From NCBI GenBank assembly GCA_012797845.1, contig JAAZOH010000025.1, forward strand, positions 3,767-67,766: a DNA stretch of 64,000 nucleotides, written 5' to 3'. The notes under the pieces were generated by a model, which saw nothing but the letters and a program-made list of their open reading frames with translations, made no database searches and had not been told where the DNA came from. The position numbers and the translations under genes are program-made. The stretch comes from Candidatus Beckwithbacteria bacterium. Its GTDB lineage: Bacteria > Patescibacteriota > Microgenomatia > UBA1400 > UBA1449. Shown here in pieces: positions 28,169-37,554 of the stretch (positions are counted from its first letter, which is position 1; each line of letters begins with the position of its first letter).

Positions 28169-29749
28169 TTATTTTGTAAGTTTATATAGTTTAATATGAT
28201 TTTTCTGATTCTCATAGATGAACTTAACACGATTTTCATATTTTGAGTCAAGGTCTTGATATTGAACCAACACATAATCACAAACTTCATTTGTTTGATA
28301 TGATTCATGCACATAAGGAAAGTCAACGTAAAATAAGTTTTGGCCACCTTCAAAACAAACTAGGTCTGAATCTTTGATAGTTTTTGCCAAAAAATCATCA
28401 GTATCATAAAAAGCATTTGTTAAATCCAAATTCTCCAGTAAATATTGGTGACTGGTTTTTTGACCCAAAATAAGCGGCAAAGTTTTGGCATTAATATAAA
28501 CTCTTAGCAAGCCATTGAAACCAACTACTGCCAAAATTAAAGCTAAAATTAGGCTTTGCCAAGTTTTACTTAACTGTTTGGATACGGCAAATGGCAAGCT
28601 GGCCAGCAAAGCAAAGGCCGGTAAATAAGGCACCATAAACCGGCTACCTCCAGTTCTAGGAATTAGAAACCAGGCTGTATAAGCTAGCAAGCAGTACCAA
28701 GCTATGATTCGCCACTTTTTTTGAGCTCGCAAAACACATAAAGAAAAAGGCAGTAAGGCAATATACAGTGGCGAAATTGGGCTAATCCAATCAGTCGGCA
28801 AGTTGGACAGTTTAAAAAAATCAGTCAAATACTCCCATGGTCCATACAAGATAAAATCGTGCCAACTACTTAAAATCCCAGAAAATAAGGGATAAAACGG
28901 GTAACCAGTCAAAAGATACGCCCGTACAAACCAGATAGAGCTTATTAGTAGAGCTGGCCCAACTACCAGAAAAGTTTTAGCTACTCTTTTTTTGGTAGCG
29001 CTAATAAGAACTAAAAAGCCAATAATACCTAAAGAAACCAGACCGAAATATTTAGTCGCTACTCCTAAACCAATGAGTAGGCTCGATTTAAATAAATCAC
29101 TGTCTCGCCTCTCCTGATACCAATTGTAAAAATAAAAAAAGGCTAGAAATTCAAAAAAAGTTCTGGCTAAATCAATATAAGCCGTCGTAATCAGCCAAGC
29201 TACAGCCAAGTCAGAAATAAATAGCAAAGCTGCCACTAAACCAGCTCTTTTACTAAGGTGTTTAGAGCCAAAAATATAGATAGCTAAAGTAGTTAAAATC
29301 CCAAACAAAAAATGCCACAGCCTAGCTCCTAGCTGACCACCGATAACTAAACCAAGCGTATACAGCATTTCTCCCAGTTGGGGCATGGCACTGTAATAAT
29401 ACAAATCTCCGGGAATAAAACTAAAAGTGTGTTTAGCTAAATACAGCTTGGGCAGTGTCAGGTGATACCAAAGAGCATCAAAAAAGATTTCCGGAGCCAA
29501 AACTCCCATCAGATGAATTAAGGCAAAAACCAATAGCATTAACATCAAAAAGTAATCAAGAGTAGTTTCTGGTTTTAAGTCTAATATAAAAGTGCGCAGC
29601 TGTGACCAGTGTTTAACTGTATAAAAAATCACAAAGCCTAAGAAAGCTAAACCAAGCAAGCATAAAACCCATGGATATAAAATTCCCAATAAACCAGCCC
29701 CTAAAATTGCATAAGCCAAAATTCCGATAATAAGCGCTGCGATAAACAT
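28169..29749 (-). CDS. GT-C fold membrane glycosyltransferase
   Basis: FDALWYHLTLPK, AYIDL, TKY and RF..P motifs; ATG 29749 preferred over the TTG-extended start. Confidence 0.8.
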   Translation of the reverse strand: MFIAALIIGILAYAILGAGLLGILYPWVLCLLGLAFLGFVIFYTVKHWSQLRTFILDLKPETTLDYFLMLMLLVFALIHLMGVLAPEIFFDALWYHLTLPKLYLAKHTFSFIPGDLYYYSAMPQLGEMLYTLGLVIGGQLGARLWHFLFGILTTLAIYIFGSKHLSKRAGLVAALLFISDLAVAWLITTAYIDLARTFFEFLAFFYFYNWYQERRDSDLFKSSLLIGLGVATKYFGLVSLGIIGFLVLISATKKRVAKTFLVVGPALLISSIWFVRAYLLTGYPFYPLFSGILSSWHDFILYGPWEYLTDFFKLSNLPTDWISPISPLYIALLPFSLCVLRAQKKWRIIAWYCLLAYTAWFLIPRTGGSRFMVPYLPAFALLASLPFAVSKQLSKTWQSLILALILAVVGFNGLLRVYINAKTLPLILGQKTSHQYLLENLDLTNAFYDTDDFLAKTIKDSDLVCFEGGQNLFYVDFPYVHESYQTNEVCDYVLVQYQDLDSKYENRVKFIYENQKNHIKLYKLTK

Positions 29750-29754
29750 AGGTT

Positions 29755-29895
29755 TTATGCTCCAGTTTGTGCCCAAAAACAAATTGGATTTCCCTGGTTA
29801 AGAAATTTAGCACAAGCCACAACACTAAAATAGTGAGCCACTATTACAACAGCCAAAATAAAAAAAAGTAATAAGACTATTTGCTTTATTTGCAT
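29755..29895 (-). CDS. Putative 46-aa single-TM peptide leading the leftward operon
   Basis: MQIKQIVLLLFFILAVVIVAHYFSVVACAKFLNQGNPICFWAQTGA; lies between a promoter and the next ATG, 5 nt after its stop. Confidence 0.5.
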   Translation of the reverse strand: MQIKQIVLLLFFILAVVIVAHYFSVVACAKFLNQGNPICFWAQTGA

Positions 29896-29911
29896 AATCA
29901 AATTAAGATGT

Positions 29912-29940
29912 ATTATCGTTGCTTTTCCAAATTGTTTCAA
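29912..29940 (-). promoter_or_regulatory. Putative sigma70 promoter for the leftward operon
   Basis: TTGAAA (29940-29935), 17 nt spacer, GATAAT (29917-29912) in the divergent gap. Confidence 0.5.
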
Positions 29941-29942
29941 AT

Positions 29943-31064
29943 ATGCCAAAACTTAAAATTCTTTTTATCGGACTTCTGATAGTATTCTTTTTGGTAAAAA
30001 TCTATCCTTTTAGACAAAAACTGTTCGGTACTTTTAATTATAAAGATTTAGAGAATAGCTACAACCATTCTCAATTTGCTCCCAATCCCAGTGATGCTGT
30101 TTCGGTCATTGACGATGATCAGCTTTATCAATATGCCGGCTATATTTATGTAACTCAGGGAGTAATTGATAGCGTTAATGTCGAACATCCTCCTTTAGTT
30201 AAATATCTTTATGGTTTAGGTCTTATTTTGTTTGGTAATGCTGTCCTTATTCAGCTTATTTTTGCTATTGGTTTTCTCATTGTGTCTTATTTACTGGCAG
30301 ATAAAATTTTAAAAAACACTTACTTAGCTTTGCTTATTCCTTTTTTCTTAATCAACGAATCACTCTTTATCAATCAAGCCACTACCACTCTTCTAGACTT
30401 ATTCCAAACCATGTGTGTTCTTTTATTTATGTTTGTTTATCTAATTAGTCCGGATAATAACCCTCGGCTCTATGTTTTACTAGGCATTATTTTAAGCTTA
30501 ATTGCCGCCAGTAAATTTCCAGCCCTAGCTGTGATTGTATTGCTAAGTTTATTTATCTTTGAATTAGCTTGGAAAAAATTTAATTTAAAAAATTTTGCGA
30601 TCTTAGCTGTAGTGGCCCTATTACTGTACCTAACTACTTACAGTCCCTTACTTATCACACAAGGCTTTTCTGGTTTCATAAGGGTTCAGCTTCAGGCTGC
30701 CCATATCCATGCCAGCCATGTCCCCAACTACCCTTTTCTCGCTCCAATTCGGGTCTTTTTTCTAAATCAGTGGCCAGTCTGGTTTGATAGCCAAAATCCA
30801 ATTCATCAAACTGCTTTCTGGAGTTTCCTCTGGCCTATTTTGGGATTAACTATTTTTGCTAGTCCAATGCTTTTTTTAACAAAAAAAATAGAACAGAGTT
30901 TTATCATTATTTTTACCTGGCTTTATTTTATTTTCATCAACTCCCGATTGTTTTTTCCTCACTACCTTTTGCCACTTTTACCAATTACTTATATTTTGTT
31001 TATCTTGGAAATCAGGAGTTTGATAAAGAAAATTAGTCCAAACCGGTTATTAAGTAAACTTTAA
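29943..31064 (+). CDS. GT-C fold glycosyltransferase (PMT-like)
   Basis: IDDDQLY, NVEHPPLVKYLYG, LLD, SKF and HYLLP motifs; ATG 29943 preferred. Confidence 0.8.
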   Translation: MPKLKILFIGLLIVFFLVKIYPFRQKLFGTFNYKDLENSYNHSQFAPNPSDAVSVIDDDQLYQYAGYIYVTQGVIDSVNVEHPPLVKYLYGLGLILFGNAVLIQLIFAIGFLIVSYLLADKILKNTYLALLIPFFLINESLFINQATTTLLDLFQTMCVLLFMFVYLISPDNNPRLYVLLGIILSLIAASKFPALAVIVLLSLFIFELAWKKFNLKNFAILAVVALLLYLTTYSPLLITQGFSGFIRVQLQAAHIHASHVPNYPFLAPIRVFFLNQWPVWFDSQNPIHQTAFWSFLWPILGLTIFASPMLFLTKKIEQSFIIIFTWLYFIFINSRLFFPHYLLPLLPITYILFILEIRSLIKKISPNRLLSKL

Positions 31065-32493
31065 AGACATTATTTCTGGAATCAACTGGAAAATGGTTGT
31101 AAATATCCGTATACAACCAAACTTGCTTGCTTGCATCCAGTTTTTGCCAAGTTTCCTTCATGGCCATATATGGCTCTTCACTCAGATTTGCCATGAGCTC
31201 AGTTTTTCGCTCGTCTGTAATAATGATGCCTCCCTTCAATGCTTCTGGTGATAGAAGCCGAATTGGTAAATCAAAATAAGTAGATAGTTTTTCCGGCTCG
31301 AATGAAGCATAAATCGGTAAATCATAAGCTTTTTTTAAAGTTAAAACATACTGCTTGGTCTCACGAATCGAAATGTGTTGTGTAGCCAACCATGCCTGGT
31401 AGGTCCATGGCAAGACAATAATCAAAGCTATATATATAGTTTTGCGGCTAAAAAGACTGGTTAAAAAATAACTACCAAGCAATCCTAAGGCTGGCACAAG
31501 CAACAATGCGTATCGAGGCGAAAAATTAAAAAGGTATAAAAAAATAAAAGCAGGAACAAAAAAAATTAAAATGTGAGACATATATTGATCTTGCCAACTG
31601 TTAGTGTTTTGTTTTTTAGCCAGTTTGATCACTAAAAATAGCAAGGTTAACATTCCTAGCAAACTCAAAAGCGCTAAAAATGGAGAAAACAAAAATGTGC
31701 TTTTTTGAATATAAATATATAAAGTAGCCAAATGAACTCGAAAATTAAACAGATTTAAAAAATGTTGTCCAGGATAGTTAAGAGCTTGAGCTACAAAATT
31801 ATTTTTAAAAATATACCAATAAGGAATCAGGATAAAGCCTACTACTATCCCTGCTCCAAGATAATAGTAAGCTAATTTTTTGATAATCTTTTTGCCATAT
31901 AAAATCCATATTACCAGTGGTGATAGCAAAAAAATACAAGTAGTAAATTTTATTAAAATAGCCAAAGCTAGTAAGATACCCGCCAGAAGCAAATGATGTG
32001 TTTTAGATTTTTGCAAATTTAAAATCAGTAGCGCTATAGATAAAGAAGCCAAACCTAAATAAAGCATATCCATTGTTCCAGTTTGGCTATAAAAAAAACT
32101 CAGAGGCATCAACCAAACTAAATAAGCAGCTACTAATCCAAAATCCTTGTGTTTATGTGCTAAACCAAAAATATACATCCCCAAACAAAGTAAATAAGTT
32201 CCGATAATAGCTAGTAACCGTTGAGCAACAAAAATTCCCCACACATGAGTTAGTTTATCCAGCCAGGCAGAAAGAAAAATAAATAATGGAAAAGTTTCTA
32301 AAAATAAATGGCCATCAAAAACAGGCCAATGTCCCATTTTAACTTGTTGAACAAAGCTATAAAATAAACCTTCATCAGGCTCTAAAACATGAAAATCAGT
32401 ATCTAAATATAGTAAGTGAGACAAAAAAAATAATAAGGAAAAGATAATAAACCCAGTATGTCGCTTCAAAAAGATCAAAATCTGCTTTTTCAT
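31033..32493 (-). CDS. GT-C fold glycosyltransferase (ArnT-like)
   Basis: EPDEG, FPLF, TMD, IKFT and PRY motifs; multi-pass. Confidence 0.8.
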   Translation of the reverse strand: MKKQILIFLKRHTGFIIFSLLFFLSHLLYLDTDFHVLEPDEGLFYSFVQQVKMGHWPVFDGHLFLETFPLFIFLSAWLDKLTHVWGIFVAQRLLAIIGTYLLCLGMYIFGLAHKHKDFGLVAAYLVWLMPLSFFYSQTGTMDMLYLGLASLSIALLILNLQKSKTHHLLLAGILLALAILIKFTTCIFLLSPLVIWILYGKKIIKKLAYYYLGAGIVVGFILIPYWYIFKNNFVAQALNYPGQHFLNLFNFRVHLATLYIYIQKSTFLFSPFLALLSLLGMLTLLFLVIKLAKKQNTNSWQDQYMSHILIFFVPAFIFLYLFNFSPRYALLLVPALGLLGSYFLTSLFSRKTIYIALIIVLPWTYQAWLATQHISIRETKQYVLTLKKAYDLPIYASFEPEKLSTYFDLPIRLLSPEALKGGIIITDERKTELMANLSEEPYMAMKETWQKLDASKQVWLYTDIYNHFPVDSRNNVFKVYLITGLD

Positions 32494-32548
32494 ATTCACC
32501 CGAACCTTATAGTAAGTTTATCCTACGCGCTTTTTTGCAAAATTGCAA

Positions 32549-34063
32549 TCAATCTTTTGGCTTTGAAATAAGTACGTTTAAGCTATGAATGTTGGTTACT
32601 AAATGCCAACTATCATATTTCTTCTGCCAATTTTGCCACTCTCTTTTAGCTTCTATCGAATCATCCAAACTATCATAGATAACTACATTGAAAATCGGTG
32701 TTTGTTTATCTGCTTGATCTACATAAAGCCAATCAAAATAAGCATCCATATAGCTACTAACTGGTCTCAGTTTCAGATATTCAGCCAAATACCGATAGCC
32801 TTCATATTTACTATCACTGCCCAAAACTTCCAAATGATAAGGTTGATTTTGGACAAAACTGCGAACCAATTCTAAAACTTTTTGTTTATCCGAAAACCCC
32901 AAATGATTAGTTAATGTCAGAGATTGAGTAATCCAAATTAGAATTAAAATTGTTATCAAGCCAAATACCCATTGAGCAACTTCCTTTTGACTAAGTAATA
33001 ATCCCCCTAAAGCAATCAGCATGGGCCAAATCGGTAAAAAATAGTAAGCACTGATCGGACCAGGATAAACCACAACCATGGCTAAAACGCTCACAAAAGC
33101 TAAAAATATGGCATAAAAAATTGTTTGTTTTCTATGAGTAAAAGCGATATACAAACTAGCAATTATTACAATCAGTCCTAATACTAATAGTAATATCGGG
33201 TAATCATTACTATGAAAAAGTGTGAACATATCGCTAAACCAACCCAGAAAACCCAACTGCCCAAAACTACCAAGCATCACTTTTAATTTTGCAAAAATAT
33301 CAAAGCTTAGCTGGTTTTGCCCGAAATGCAGTAAGGCTTTGCTTTGCAAAAAACCATGCCGCAATTCAAATAGCAGTAAAGGGCTTATAAATATTCCAAA
33401 AACTAAAACCGCTAAGGAGGCTGTTTTTGACCAAATTATTTTCTTTTGTGTTTTACCTAAAATTACCAAACTGGGAATTACTAAAATAAGGAGTGAGTAG
33501 TGAACATGCAGTGCTGCTCCTAAAACAGCACTTATTAAAATCCAGTAGCGTTTATCTTGTTTGACCTTACTAATAGTCAGTAACCATAGAATCGTTAATA
33601 GCATAACCAAGCTGGGATTCCAAAACTTCCGATCAAAACTAACCAATACCGGATTACTGGCATAAGCTAAGCCAACCACCAAAGCTGCTAGGGTATTTTT
33701 ACCAGTAGACCAAATTAGATAATACAGTAATCCTGCAGTTATAGTTCCAATAAAAGCTGCAACTAGTCCGGTAAAAAGCGGATTCAAATGGCCTACGTAA
33801 TAAATTAGAGCTGAAAACCAAGTAAAAAAAGGGCCCAAGTATAAACCAGTTCCAGCTACGTTAACGCCTATTAAGGGAACATGGCCAGTTTTAATAGTAT
33901 TGACTGCTAAAAAAGCCTGGTACTCCTCATCCATGGTAAACGGAAACAGTTGAACTAAATGATAATACCTCAAGCAAAAAGCACTTATTACCACAACTAA
34001 AAAATAAAAAGATGGAGAATTAAACCAAGTGGTTTTAACAATTAGTTTTGTGATTTTTTTCAT
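32549..34063 (-). CDS. GT-C fold glycosyltransferase
   Basis: FTMDEEYQA, PLIG, YLGP, WNP, HVHYS and FELRH motifs; C-terminal soluble domain. Confidence 0.82.
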   Translation of the reverse strand: MKKITKLIVKTTWFNSPSFYFLVVVISAFCLRYYHLVQLFPFTMDEEYQAFLAVNTIKTGHVPLIGVNVAGTGLYLGPFFTWFSALIYYVGHLNPLFTGLVAAFIGTITAGLLYYLIWSTGKNTLAALVVGLAYASNPVLVSFDRKFWNPSLVMLLTILWLLTISKVKQDKRYWILISAVLGAALHVHYSLLILVIPSLVILGKTQKKIIWSKTASLAVLVFGIFISPLLLFELRHGFLQSKALLHFGQNQLSFDIFAKLKVMLGSFGQLGFLGWFSDMFTLFHSNDYPILLLVLGLIVIIASLYIAFTHRKQTIFYAIFLAFVSVLAMVVVYPGPISAYYFLPIWPMLIALGGLLLSQKEVAQWVFGLITILILIWITQSLTLTNHLGFSDKQKVLELVRSFVQNQPYHLEVLGSDSKYEGYRYLAEYLKLRPVSSYMDAYFDWLYVDQADKQTPIFNVVIYDSLDDSIEAKREWQNWQKKYDSWHLVTNIHSLNVLISKPKD

Positions 34064-35633
34064 ATCGCCATGTAATTATAAAATTACGCAAAAATAAAAC
34101 TAAAGCCAATATCGCTAAGCTAAACCAAAGATACCAGCTATATGATTTAAACAGCCAAGGTTTATATTGGCTAATTTGATTTAAAAAAATACTCCAAGAA
34201 GATACATCATAGTAAGAAACAATAATGGTACGCAATCCAATGATTTGCAAAATTAACCACCAAAACCCTAATATTACCAACACATAATTGGGACTATATT
34301 TTTTAAAAACTTGCTGCCATAAAAATCGCCAGGAAACTAAAATCAAGGCCATATGAGCTATGATAACTGGAAAATAATACCGGCCTTGTACGCCAAAAGA
34401 AAAATTATAAGCCCGCCGAAATTGCCAATCCCATAGCAATAAAGCCAAGTAGTAAGCTAAGGCTGAAAAAAGCAAAAATAAAATTTTTTGATCAAACAGA
34501 GATAGTTTTTTTGTTTTAAAAAAATTCGTTACTTTTTGGACCAAATACCATAGCAAGCCAAAACCAGTTATGCCCAAAATTCCCATTTGTACCCGATTGA
34601 CCCAACGAGGTAGCACTACCCCCAACCACTTAAAAACTCCCCAATACCAGGGCAAAACTTCGCGGTATGTGTGCAGCAAAGTAAATTTAATATGTTCAAA
34701 TAAACTAATTGCAAAGATTTGCTGGTTTTGATTTCTGCCTGATTGAATAAAGGTATAAATATATTCGGCTTTACCAAATATCATCGCTACTGCCAAAAAT
34801 CCGCTTAGTAGCAATATAAGGCCAATTGTACTAGCAGTTTTTTTACAAAAAAGTTGTTTAATAGGAGTGAAGCGAAATGGCAAAAGACAAAGAGCGATTA
34901 TCAAAGCTACAACCATTTGCTGCTTGGTTAACTGGCCCAAAATAATAATGACAAAAAGATACAGCCAGGCTTGAGCTTTGGGCTTTTCAATAATTTTAAG
35001 ACAGCAATAAACAAATAAAGTAAAGAAAAAATTAAACAATACATCACTAGTTACCCCTGCTCCTACAAACGAAAACATGGGCTGAAAAGCTACTAGAGTT
35101 GTCAAACCCAAGGCCCAAAATTTATTTTGGAAAAGCAGTTGTCCAATTTGCCAAACTACCCAAGTGGTAGCCATAAAAATTAGCAAAGAGAAAAATCTGA
35201 CACTATAAACTCTAGTAATTATGCTTGAGGAAGCAAATAGTTTGTAAAACAACATTGAACCTGAATAATACAAAAATGGGTAAGATGTAGCCTCTCTAAC
35301 CTTTAGGTTGGTGGTATAAGTTTTTGGTAAATCAGTAATAGTTTGTTCATGGACACCTGAGACAGAATTACTATAGGGAATAGTAAACCACGGCTGATGG
35401 GTAAATTTATTATTACCTTGTTGATCTCTTTTAGTACCAAGCAGGATCTCTGACATGGCAATTTCATCACTAGTATTTCCATGGCTCACAGCAAAAAAAG
35501 CCATATTTTGCACTTGAGAAAAATGAGCTTGTTCATCAGGAAAATGCCAGACCGGCACCAATCCCATCCATAAAATTTGTTTTAAAAAAACTAAGGCAAA
35601 AAAACTTACAAGCAACACTGACCAATTTTTCAT
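34035..35633 (-). CDS. DUF2142-like membrane protein (putative GT-C)
   Basis: PVWHFPDEQAH, YPFLYY, VTSD, LTK and QGRYYFP motifs. Confidence 0.78.
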   Translation of the reverse strand: MKNWSVLLVSFFALVFLKQILWMGLVPVWHFPDEQAHFSQVQNMAFFAVSHGNTSDEIAMSEILLGTKRDQQGNNKFTHQPWFTIPYSNSVSGVHEQTITDLPKTYTTNLKVREATSYPFLYYSGSMLFYKLFASSSIITRVYSVRFFSLLIFMATTWVVWQIGQLLFQNKFWALGLTTLVAFQPMFSFVGAGVTSDVLFNFFFTLFVYCCLKIIEKPKAQAWLYLFVIIILGQLTKQQMVVALIIALCLLPFRFTPIKQLFCKKTASTIGLILLLSGFLAVAMIFGKAEYIYTFIQSGRNQNQQIFAISLFEHIKFTLLHTYREVLPWYWGVFKWLGVVLPRWVNRVQMGILGITGFGLLWYLVQKVTNFFKTKKLSLFDQKILFLLFSALAYYLALLLWDWQFRRAYNFSFGVQGRYYFPVIIAHMALILVSWRFLWQQVFKKYSPNYVLVILGFWWLILQIIGLRTIIVSYYDVSSWSIFLNQISQYKPWLFKSYSWYLWFSLAILALVLFLRNFIITWRYEKNHKTNC

Positions 35634-35732
35634 AAATAGTGTTATCTAATATGCATTTGCGTATTTCATAATAAGTCTATTATACTTACAAACTAGATTG
35701 TCTGTGTAACTATTAATAATCTTAGATACAAT

Positions 35733-35894
35733 AGACTTATTGCAAAATAAAAAATGTTTGCAAAACGCAGAATTTTTGTCTTATTTTCAAGAAAGATAAT
35801 GCTGATAGCACTAAATGTGCTTGAGGTGTTACCTGACGCAGAAAATTGACAAAAAGACAAGTTGTGCTGCTTTTGCTTATTTTGCAATAAGTCT
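35733..35894. mobile_element. 162-bp non-coding element with 18-bp perfect terminal inverted repeats (MITE-like or invertible segment)
   Basis: AGACTTATTGCAAAATAA (35733-35750) and TTATTTTGCAATAAGTCT (35877-35894), flanked by AAT on both sides; degenerate extra right end at 35652-35679. Confidence 0.65.
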
Positions 35895-35901
35895 AATGAA
35901 T

Positions 35902-36867
35902 ATGGACCAAAAATCAATTTTAATTACTGGCGGAGCTGGACTAATTGGTTCTCATCTTTGTGATTTATTGTTAAACCAAGGTCACCGAGTTACTTGTGTT
36001 GATAATTTTATTACCGGCCGAAAAGAAAATTTAGAAATAGCTTCAGCTTCACCCAATTTCAAATGTATTGAAGCTGATATCAGCAATCCAGCCGAAACCT
36101 ATTTGGATCCTAATTTTCACTTTGACTATATGTATCATCTAGCCTCACCCGCTTCACCAAAAGGGTATCACAACAACCCTATTGCCACATATAAAGCCAA
36201 TGCCTTTGGAACTCATTATCTTTTAGAATATGCCCGAAAGATTAATGCTCGTTTTCTTTACTCTTCAACTTCCGAAAGTTATGGTGACCCCTTAGAACAT
36301 CCCCAAAAAGAAAGCTATTGGGGCAATGTCAATCCGGTAGGAATCAGAGCTTGCTATGATGTTTCCAAACGTTTTGGAGAAATGGCTTGTATTACTGCTT
36401 TTCGCGAATTTGGCCAAGATGTTCGAATCGTCCGGATCTTCAATACTTTTGGTCCAAGAAATGACCCCAATGATGGCCGAGTTATCCCTACTTTTATTTT
36501 ACAAGCTTTGAAAAATGAACCGATAACTATTTTTGGTGATGGTTCCCATACCCGCAGTTATTGTTATGTAGCCGACCTGATTCGTGGTTTGGAAAGTTTT
36601 ATGACTAAACCCGATTTGGCTGGGGAAATCATTAACCTTGGCAACCCTAGAGAATTTACAGTTTTAGAAACAGCCCAAATTATAAAAAAACTGACTAAAT
36701 CCAGCTCAGAAATCAGTAACAAACCTTTAGAAGGAGTCCGCGAAGAAGATCCCAAAAAACGTCAGCCAGATATTACTAAAGCTAAAACATTGCTCAATTG
36801 GCAACCAGAAATCAGTTTTGAGCAAGGTCTGGAACCCACCATCGTTTATTATCAAAAAACTTTATGA
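35902..36867 (+). CDS. UDP-glucuronate decarboxylase (UDP-xylose synthase)
   Basis: GGAGLIGSHL, HLASPASP, STSESYGDP, YWGNVNPVGIRACYDVSKR and RIFNTFGP motifs; ATG at 35896 or 35902 preferred over 35815. Confidence 0.9.
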   Translation: MDQKSILITGGAGLIGSHLCDLLLNQGHRVTCVDNFITGRKENLEIASASPNFKCIEADISNPAETYLDPNFHFDYMYHLASPASPKGYHNNPIATYKANAFGTHYLLEYARKINARFLYSSTSESYGDPLEHPQKESYWGNVNPVGIRACYDVSKRFGEMACITAFREFGQDVRIVRIFNTFGPRNDPNDGRVIPTFILQALKNEPITIFGDGSHTRSYCYVADLIRGLESFMTKPDLAGEIINLGNPREFTVLETAQIIKKLTKSSSEISNKPLEGVREEDPKKRQPDITKAKTLLNWQPEISFEQGLEPTIVYYQKTL

Positions 36868-36873
36868 GCTACA

Positions 36874-37554
36874 ATGCCATACATTTATAAAGGCACTGAT
36901 CCTTTTTCTTCCCACAATAAAATCGCCAGATTAGTTGTTAATCACAAATCCCCTATCACCGATATTTTAGATGTTGGTTGCAACAAAGGTTTTATCGGCC
37001 AGGTTTTAAAAGAAAATGGTTGGCAAGGTCAAATTAGTGGCCTTGATAAAGATAAAACCTATAAAAAAGATGTCTTAAAATTAAAATACAAAAAATTTTA
37101 TGAAATTAATTTAGAAGACACTTTTAAACTTGAGGGCAAATTTGACGCTATTATTATTGGTGATGTTCTAGAACATTTAGTCAACCCAATACGCGCTTTA
37201 AAACAACTGAAAACTTACCTTAAACCAAAAGGCATTTTTATTATCTCTTTGCCAAATATTGCCAATTTCTATATTCGCCTTTCGTTACTTTTAGGTAAAT
37301 TTGATTATGCTGAAAAAGGGATTTTGGATATAGATCACAAATATTTTTATACTCAAAAAACAGCTTTAGCTATGCTTAAAAAATCAACTTTGAAAATTAA
37401 GAAGGTTAAACCCACCCCAATTCCCCTTCCTGCCGTACACCCACTTTTTCAAATCAAAAAACCCTTGTTTGTATTCCATGGTTTTTCAGATGTGATAACC
37501 AGATCATATCCGCGTTTTTTTGCTTACCAATTTATTTTTGTGTGCACAGTTTGA
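36874..37554 (+). CDS. Class I SAM-dependent methyltransferase
   Basis: ILDVGCNKG, DVLEHL, SLPNIA and GILD..H motifs. Confidence 0.88.
   Translation: MPYIYKGTDPFSSHNKIARLVVNHKSPITDILDVGCNKGFIGQVLKENGWQGQISGLDKDKTYKKDVLKLKYKKFYEINLEDTFKLEGKFDAIIIGDVLEHLVNPIRALKQLKTYLKPKGIFIISLPNIANFYIRLSLLLGKFDYAEKGILDIDHKYFYTQKTALAMLKKSTLKIKKVKPTPIPLPAVHPLFQIKKPLFVFHGFSDVITRSYPRFFAYQFIFVCTV

Noticed and set aside
35693-35917. 74-aa ORF and the 35815 N-terminal extension of UDP-xylose synthase
   Set aside because: Both span the non-coding inverted-repeat element; enzyme homology starts at MDQKSILITGG.
31033-37554. Convergent gene overlaps (32 bp at 31033-31064; 51 bp at 37504-37554)
   Set aside because: Short 3' overlaps are common in compact genomes; no evidence of a special function.
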